From assembly GCA_021821305.1 (NCBI GenBank), contig JAKACP010000001.1:196934-260933 (forward strand): DNA of 64,000 nt, written 5' to 3'. The notes under the pieces are model-generated. The model did no database searches. It was not told the origin of the DNA and saw nothing but the letters and a program-made list of their open reading frames with translations. The translations under genes were made by a program, and so were the position numbers. Origin of the DNA: a bacterium (GTDB lineage Bacteria; Patescibacteriota; Minisyncoccia; Moranbacterales; UBA1568). Below, piece after piece: positions 58,288 to 64,000 of this stretch. Every line of letters starts with the position of its first letter. Position 1 is the stretch's first letter.

Positions 58288-59289
58288 ATGCGCACCGCGT
58301 TGTCAACAGGGAAAATCGGGTTTCTCGAACGTGTACTCCGTGATTTTTTTCGCCGGGCCGGACGGGAACACCTGCCGTGGCGCGCACGGACCGTCGGCGC
58401 GTACGAGATCTGGGTGAGCGAGATCATGCTTCAGCAGACCCAGGTATCCCGCGTGATCGGGTATTATGAAAAATTTCTCGTACGATTTCCGACGGTCGGA
58501 TCGCTCGCGAAAGCTACGTGGGAGGAGTTCCTCCCGTACTACCGGGGACTCGGGTACTATGCGCGCGGGCGGAACATGCTCGCGACCGCGAAGATGATCG
58601 TCGAAACGTATGACGGAAAATTCCCGAAGGACGTGAACGAGCTCGGGAAGCTCCCGGGCGTCGGGCCGTACACCGCGGCGGCGATCGCGAGTTTCGCCTA
58701 TGGAAGGAATACGATCGCGTGGGACACCAACCTTCACCGGGTCGTCGGGCGGTTCTTCTTCGGGTCGAGGCGAGCGGATCTTCCGAAGGAGAAATTGGAG
58801 GATATCCTTTCCATGAAGGCGAAGGTGTTCAATGCGGCGATGATGGATTTCGGCTCGGCGATCTGCACCGCGCGGCCGAAATGCGGCGCGTGCCCCCTCT
58901 CGTCGCGATGCGTATATTTTTCCGAAGACGGTCAGAGAGAAAAACAAGAGACAAGACACAAGAAACAAGATACAAAAATATCCAAAACCTCAAATAAAAA
59001 ATCCAAAATCAATTGGAGGGACGCACGAGCGTTCGTGTTCCTGCACGAGAACCACAGGAAATATTATTCGTCGCGCAAGACGAAGTTCGTGCCGTTCGCC
59101 ATCCCGCCGTCACACAACACGCGCGCCGGGGTCAAGGACTGGTTCCGTGATCGCCACGGACTCGAGCTCGCCGTCCGTCCGCCGCACAGGAAGGAAATGG
59201 TCGACGGCAAGCCGACGATCTTCATCAACGCGCAGATCCTTTCCGGAACGCCGGAATTCGCCGTCTTTCCCAAAGGTGTGTTGCCATAA
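58288..59289 (+). CDS. mutY: A/G-specific adenine glycosylase-like protein
   Basis: WVSEIMLQQTQV, GLGYY, LPGVGPYTA, DTN and a CX6CX2CX5C Fe-S motif. Confidence 0.88.
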   Translation: MRTALSTGKIGFLERVLRDFFRRAGREHLPWRARTVGAYEIWVSEIMLQQTQVSRVIGYYEKFLVRFPTVGSLAKATWEEFLPYYRGLGYYARGRNMLATAKMIVETYDGKFPKDVNELGKLPGVGPYTAAAIASFAYGRNTIAWDTNLHRVVGRFFFGSRRADLPKEKLEDILSMKAKVFNAAMMDFGSAICTARPKCGACPLSSRCVYFSEDGQREKQETRHKKQDTKISKTSNKKSKINWRDARAFVFLHENHRKYYSSRKTKFVPFAIPPSHNTRAGVKDWFRDRHGLELAVRPPHRKEMVDGKPTIFINAQILSGTPEFAVFPKGVLP

Positions 59290-59403
59290 TGCGATCACCG
59301 AGGCAGTCGGTGGAAGAAAAAAAACGCTCGGGTGTATTAAGTCGTAGAGCCGGATCTTTGACATCGATGCGCAGAAGATATGCTAACCATTAATGTAAAG
59401 CGT

Positions 59404-59757
59404 ATGGACTCGTATGTTTCTTCGCGGACGAAGCCGTTGTATCGGGGCACGCAGATCGTTTGGTACGTGCTGGGTTTTTTGGAGGCGCTACTCGCATTCC
59501 GGTTCCTTCTCAAACTTCTCGGTGCCAATCCCGGTGCGGGTTTCACGGATTTCATCTATTCAGTCACATATCCGCTTGTCGCGCCGTTCCTCAACGTGTT
59601 CGGGACGGTGAGGGTCGAGGGAAGCGTGTGGGAGTGGGCGACGCTGCTTTCCATGCTCGTGTACTGGCTCATCGCCTCGGGAATCGTGAAACTGCTCGTC
59701 ATGAGCAAGCCGGTCTCGACGCCGGAAGCGGCCGTGAAATTGGACCGACAGGACTAA
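59404..59757 (+). CDS. YggT-family membrane protein
   Basis: RFLLKLLGAN..FIYSVTYPLVAPF. Confidence 0.8.
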   Translation: MDSYVSSRTKPLYRGTQIVWYVLGFLEALLAFRFLLKLLGANPGAGFTDFIYSVTYPLVAPFLNVFGTVRVEGSVWEWATLLSMLVYWLIASGIVKLLVMSKPVSTPEAAVKLDRQD

Positions 59758-59789
59758 CTGCCTGTCCCTAACAAGTAAGCGAAAACGCT

Positions 59790-60011
59790 ATGGCAACGAT
59801 TATCAACAATCCGGATAGCGGTGGTGGCGGCGGCGTCGGCGTCGGCATAGTGGTCGGAGCGCTTGTTCTCCTGGTGATATTCCTCCTGTTTTTCTTCTAC
59901 GGTTTTCCCTCACAGCGCGGTAGTGATACCGATTCCGGCGGCGACGGCGGGACGACCGTAAACGTTCCGGACAAAATCGAGGTGGACGTGAACGATACCT
60001 CGACACGATAG
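59790..60011 (+). CDS. Small single-TM protein
   Basis: Gly-rich start, hydrophobic helix and NVPDKIEVDV tail. Confidence 0.7.
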   Translation: MATIINNPDSGGGGGVGVGIVVGALVLLVIFLLFFFYGFPSQRGSDTDSGGDGGTTVNVPDKIEVDVNDTSTR

Positions 60012-60052
60012 GCTCAAGGATTTTCGATCGTATAAATCACTAAGTTACGTGT

Positions 60053-60298
60053 ATGGGTATAATTCTTTGGATCGTCTTCGGTGCGTTGGCCGGGTGGATC
60101 GCTTCCCTGATCATGAAGACCGACGCCCAGCAGGGGGCGTTGCTCAACATCGTCGTGGGAATCGTCGGTGCCTTGATCGGCGGGTTCCTGATGAACTTCT
60201 TCGGGCAGACCGGAGTTACGGGGTTCAATCTCTACAGCCTGCTCGTGGCGATCATCGGAGCGATCGTGCTTCTGGCGGTTGTCAGGGCGCTCCGCTGA
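60053..60298 (+). CDS. GlsB/YeaQ/YmgE family membrane protein
   Basis: WIVFGALAGWIAS..NIVVGIVGALIGG. Confidence 0.92.
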   Translation: MGIILWIVFGALAGWIASLIMKTDAQQGALLNIVVGIVGALIGGFLMNFFGQTGVTGFNLYSLLVAIIGAIVLLAVVRALR

Positions 60299-60496
60299 TA
60301 CGGGCTCTCCCGGAGTTCATCGAAAGGGTCCTTCCCGGGCCCTTTCGTGTTTTCACGCCATTCAGGACGCTTCGTCTCCGGTATGAATTCCGCTTTGCTT
60401 TTTCAGCTCTTTTTCGGTAGAGTATCTAATAGATGTGCCTCATATCTTTCGGTCGGTAGCGGCACGGAAGCGGTTATCGATCATCACGCCATCAGT

Positions 60497-61549
60497 ATGA
60501 GCCTCCCGAATATCAATATCTATTTTTTCCTCGCGCTCCTCTTCCTCGCGGGTGTTGGCGTGTTCCTTATTTTCCAGCCCTTCCTGACCGCCATCCTCGT
60601 CGCGGCCATTCTCGCGGTCTTCTTTGCCCGGCCTTACGAATTCCTCAAAAAGACGTTCGGCGGCAACGAGGGATGGGCGGCGATTTTCACCTGTCTCCTT
60701 GCGATAATCATCGTCATCGTGCCGCTGTCGATAGTGCTCAGTCTCGCGATCAATGAAGCCAATACGTTCTACCATTCGGAGCAGAGCTCGGGTCTGCTCG
60801 AAAAGAGCGTGGGTCTGCTCGATAAGATCCCACTGCTCAATTTCGGCGGTGGTGAGGGAGCCGCGCAGAGACTTTCCGGCTCATTCCAGGAGCTGAGCAA
60901 GACCATGATCGGATTTTTGGGTGCTGCATACCAGAGCGTAGCCGGATTCGTGCTTTGGCTGTTCGTCCTGTTTTTCTCCCTGTTCTATTTCCTCATCGAC
61001 GGCAAGCGGGCCGTCGGATACCTCATGCAGCTTTCCCCCCTTCGCGACGAACATGAGAAGCTGCTGTTCCAGAAATTCATATCCATCAGCCGGGCGACGC
61101 TCAAGGGAACCCTGATCGTCGGGCTCATCCAGGGCTTTCTCGGCGGGGTAGCCTTCTGGATAGCCGGCGTGCCTTCGCCGATCATCTGGGGAATTTTCAT
61201 GGCCATCCTCTCCCTCATCCCGATGGTCGGGGCGGGCATCATCTGGTTTCCGGCGAGCATCGTCCTTCTCCTCACGGGGAACATCTGGGAAGGGACATTC
61301 CTCCTCCTGTTCGGTGTCGGCATCGTCTCGACCATAGACAACATCCTCCGGCCCAAGCTCGTCGGTCGGGACACCCAGATGCACCCGCTCCTCGTCTTCT
61401 TCGCGACGCTCGGCGGCCTCTCGCTCTTCGGCATCTCGGGGTTCCTCATCGGCCCGATCATCCTGTCGCTCTTCATGGCGCTTGCGGACATCTATTCTTC
61501 CGAATATGCCTCGGAATTGCGTGAGTGCAACCATAACGGCAAGGTATGA
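60497..61549 (+). CDS. AI-2E family transporter
   Basis: FYFLIDG, IPMVG, DNILRPKLVG and GFLIGP. Confidence 0.92.
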   Translation: MSLPNINIYFFLALLFLAGVGVFLIFQPFLTAILVAAILAVFFARPYEFLKKTFGGNEGWAAIFTCLLAIIIVIVPLSIVLSLAINEANTFYHSEQSSGLLEKSVGLLDKIPLLNFGGGEGAAQRLSGSFQELSKTMIGFLGAAYQSVAGFVLWLFVLFFSLFYFLIDGKRAVGYLMQLSPLRDEHEKLLFQKFISISRATLKGTLIVGLIQGFLGGVAFWIAGVPSPIIWGIFMAILSLIPMVGAGIIWFPASIVLLLTGNIWEGTFLLLFGVGIVSTIDNILRPKLVGRDTQMHPLLVFFATLGGLSLFGISGFLIGPIILSLFMALADIYSSEYASELRECNHNGKV

Positions 61550-62382
61550 GTGACGGGTGGTGGCGGCACATCCCGGAAATCATAGACCCGATCGTCTTTT
61601 CGCTCGGGTCTTTTTCACTCCGATGGTATGCCGTTCTCTTCATCTTCGGCTGGATGGCGGCCGTCACCTTCCTGGCATGGAGGATCCGGAGGAGGGAGTT
61701 CCTGCTCGGTCGTGAGGCGCTGTGGGATATCGCCATCATCGTGCTTGCCGGCGCAATGGTCGGCGGACGGCTCGGGTACGCGATTTTTTATGATCCGTCG
61801 CTGCTCAGGGAGCCGCTTTCGCTCATCTCGCCGTATGATCCGTCCGGGATGTGGACCGGTATCCGTGGCATGAGTTTCCATGGGGCGCTTGTCGGTGCCG
61901 TTTCCGGCCTGTTCCTCGTCGCGAAAGTACGGAAGATCGATTTCTGGATCCTGGCTGATTTCCTCGTACCAGCCGTACCGATAGCCATATTTTTCGGCAG
62001 GATGGGGAATTTTTTCAACCTCGAGCTGATCGGACGGGAAACCGGGAAACCATGGGGGATGTATTTCCCGAATTATCCGTCTCCCCGGCATCCTTCACAG
62101 CTCTATGAAGCCTTTTTCGAGGGAATTCTCCTCTTTCTGCTTTTCTCGCGTCTTCGAAACAAAAAGCTTCCGAAAGGGATGCTGTCGGCGATATTCCTGG
62201 CGTCATACGGAGCACTCAGGTTTCTCCTCGAATTCTGGCGTGAGCCGGATGTCGGAGCCGAGCTCGTTTTCGGCTGGATGACGCCTGGGCAAGCGCTTTC
62301 AGTCGGGATGTTCGCCATATCTTCGGTGGTATTCTTCTGGATATTCCGGAGGAAAAATGCTATGATGAGAAAAGACAGATAA
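61546..62382 (+). CDS. lgt: Prolipoprotein diacylglyceryl transferase
   Basis: RWY, GGRLGY, GMSFHG, GRMGNFFN, HPSQLYE and EFWREPD. Confidence 0.95.
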   Translation: MSDGWWRHIPEIIDPIVFSLGSFSLRWYAVLFIFGWMAAVTFLAWRIRRREFLLGREALWDIAIIVLAGAMVGGRLGYAIFYDPSLLREPLSLISPYDPSGMWTGIRGMSFHGALVGAVSGLFLVAKVRKIDFWILADFLVPAVPIAIFFGRMGNFFNLELIGRETGKPWGMYFPNYPSPRHPSQLYEAFFEGILLFLLFSRLRNKKLPKGMLSAIFLASYGALRFLLEFWREPDVGAELVFGWMTPGQALSVGMFAISSVVFFWIFRRKNAMMRKDR

Positions 62383-62398
62383 GACTTTTTCGTTTCTT

Positions 62399-62797
62399 AT
62401 GGGAAAAATTATCGGAATAGCCGCAGTGATCGGACTCGTCTTGGGCGGAGCTTATTTCTGGAACATGCAGGACCGCGGAAGCGATTCGAATCCCTCTTCG
62501 TCGTCTGATCAGGGGATAGTCTACTACTACGGGGAAGAGTGTCCGCATTGCAAGGATGTCGCGGCTTTCCTTGAGGAGAACAAGATCGCCGAAAAGGTCC
62601 GATTCGAGAAGAAGGAAGTCTGGCACAACAGATCGAACGCCGCGGAAATGGACGGAAAGGCCAAGATTTGCGGGTTGGACAAGGAGAGTGTGGGGGTTCC
62701 GTTTCTGTTTGCCGAGGGGAAATGTTATATCGGCACACCGGAAGTCGAGGGGTATTTCAAGGCGGCGGCCGGATTGCCGGGCGGAAAGAAGAAGTAG
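62399..62797 (+). CDS. Membrane-anchored glutaredoxin-like protein
   Basis: TM helix, CPHC and GVPFL. Confidence 0.8.
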   Translation: MGKIIGIAAVIGLVLGGAYFWNMQDRGSDSNPSSSSDQGIVYYYGEECPHCKDVAAFLEENKIAEKVRFEKKEVWHNRSNAAEMDGKAKICGLDKESVGVPFLFAEGKCYIGTPEVEGYFKAAAGLPGGKKK

Positions 62798-62818
62798 CCT
62801 AAAACAAAAGGACTCCCT

Positions 62819-63901
62819 ATGCATTCACGGGTGTTCCCCTTGAGGGAACAGCGGACCAATACCATAGACGGCATCGCGCCACCGACACGGACAAATCGAT
62901 CGGTGGCGAAACGCGCTTCCGACCGATCGCCCGATTCCTTCGCGGCGACGGTGTTTTCACGCGGAAAGCGATCGTCGGTGGTCGTCTTCGCGAAGGACGG
63001 CTATGTGTATCCGGCACGGGCCATCGATATCCTCGGCGAGCGCCCGCTTTTCCTTTCATCGACGGGCATGGTCGACGGACTGCACAAGAAGGGCATCGTG
63101 ATCCCGGCCGCACATATCCGGAAACCGGCGTTGTTCGTGGAACCCAGCCGCGAGGCGTTCGCGGCCGTGGAACGGAGCTTCCGGAATCTCGGTGAAAACG
63201 TGGCCGCCGGAGTTTCCGGATTCCGTCTCGGATTGTCGCCGTCGCGTGCGGCATACGCGCCGCTTGTCGGTGCCATGGCGCTCGGCATGGTTTCCGCGCT
63301 CCTGCTCGAACATTCCTTCGGCGGGGGAGTCAAAGCGGAGGAGGCCCGCATCGTCTATGTGGAACGACCGGCGGAGGGAGAACGTGTTCTCGGGGCCGGA
63401 TCCGATGCGTCGGATCTCCTCGATACGGAAGCGATCCTTTCCGATCTCGCGATCGAGGATCCGAGCAAGAAGGAATTCGAGGAGCGCGTCCGGAACATGG
63501 TGAAGGGATACCCGATCGAGGACATGATCCCCTATATCGTCGAACAGGACCGGACGGTCGCGATGTTCCTCGTCGCCATCGCCAAAAAGGAAAGCAACTG
63601 GGGTCGCCGGATCCCGGTCCTCGATGGACAGGATTGTTTCAACTATTGGGGATATCGCGGGATACGGAAAATGATGGGCACGGGCGGACATACCTGCTTC
63701 AATAGCCGCGAGGATGCCGTCGATACCGTCGGAAAACGTCTCGACACGCTTATCAACAAGCACGATCTCGACACGCCGGCGGACCTCATCCTCTGGAAGT
63801 GCGGTTCCTCGTGCGCCGGGCACAGTCCGTACAGCGTGAAGAAGTGGATTTCCGATGTCGATCTCTACTATCAGAAGCTCAACAAGGAAGGCGACGCATA
63901 G
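62819..63901 (+). CDS. Membrane-anchored lysozyme/glucosaminidase-like protein
   Basis: TM helix; AIAKKESNWG..CFNYWGY..WKCGSSCAGH; start uncertain. Confidence 0.6.
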   Translation: MHSRVFPLREQRTNTIDGIAPPTRTNRSVAKRASDRSPDSFAATVFSRGKRSSVVVFAKDGYVYPARAIDILGERPLFLSSTGMVDGLHKKGIVIPAAHIRKPALFVEPSREAFAAVERSFRNLGENVAAGVSGFRLGLSPSRAAYAPLVGAMALGMVSALLLEHSFGGGVKAEEARIVYVERPAEGERVLGAGSDASDLLDTEAILSDLAIEDPSKKEFEERVRNMVKGYPIEDMIPYIVEQDRTVAMFLVAIAKKESNWGRRIPVLDGQDCFNYWGYRGIRKMMGTGGHTCFNSREDAVDTVGKRLDTLINKHDLDTPADLILWKCGSSCAGHSPYSVKKWISDVDLYYQKLNKEGDA

Positions 63902-64000
63902 TCCGATCGGATCCGCGTCAAGGTCGATTTCGGGCGAGAGAATATCTCGTTTTTGTTTTGAATAAGGTAAAAAAATGAAAATCCCTTTGACGGATTCCCG

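Overview
High-GC bacterial chromosomal window read with the standard genetic code. Gene content and style (fermentative and anaerobic genes, mostly Shine-Dalgarno-less starts) suggest a Patescibacteria/CPR organism, possibly Parcubacteria; this is an inference. Core genes include pyk, tRNA-Ser, dnaG-rpoD, tRNA-Asn, typA, xseAB, a 2-oxoacid:ferredoxin oxidoreductase, a Suf operon, glgC, dus, mnmA, mutY and lgt. Accessory content includes a CstR-like sulfur cluster, a class III ribonucleotide reductase locus, an XRE-controlled thioredoxin/DipZ operon and a CsoR/CopA/multicopper oxidase copper cluster. No integrase, transposase or CRISPR array was found. Four observations stand out. (1) Three dispersed ~190-bp intergenic elements share fixed junction motifs and stem lengths while their stem sequences differ and co-vary. 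(2) NrdD lacks its glycyl-radical motif, which is encoded on a separate small Zn-ribbon protein. (3) A second family of heptamer-built palindromic intergenic elements occurs three times. (4) Both tRNA genes are followed by direct or inverted copies of their own 3' ends.
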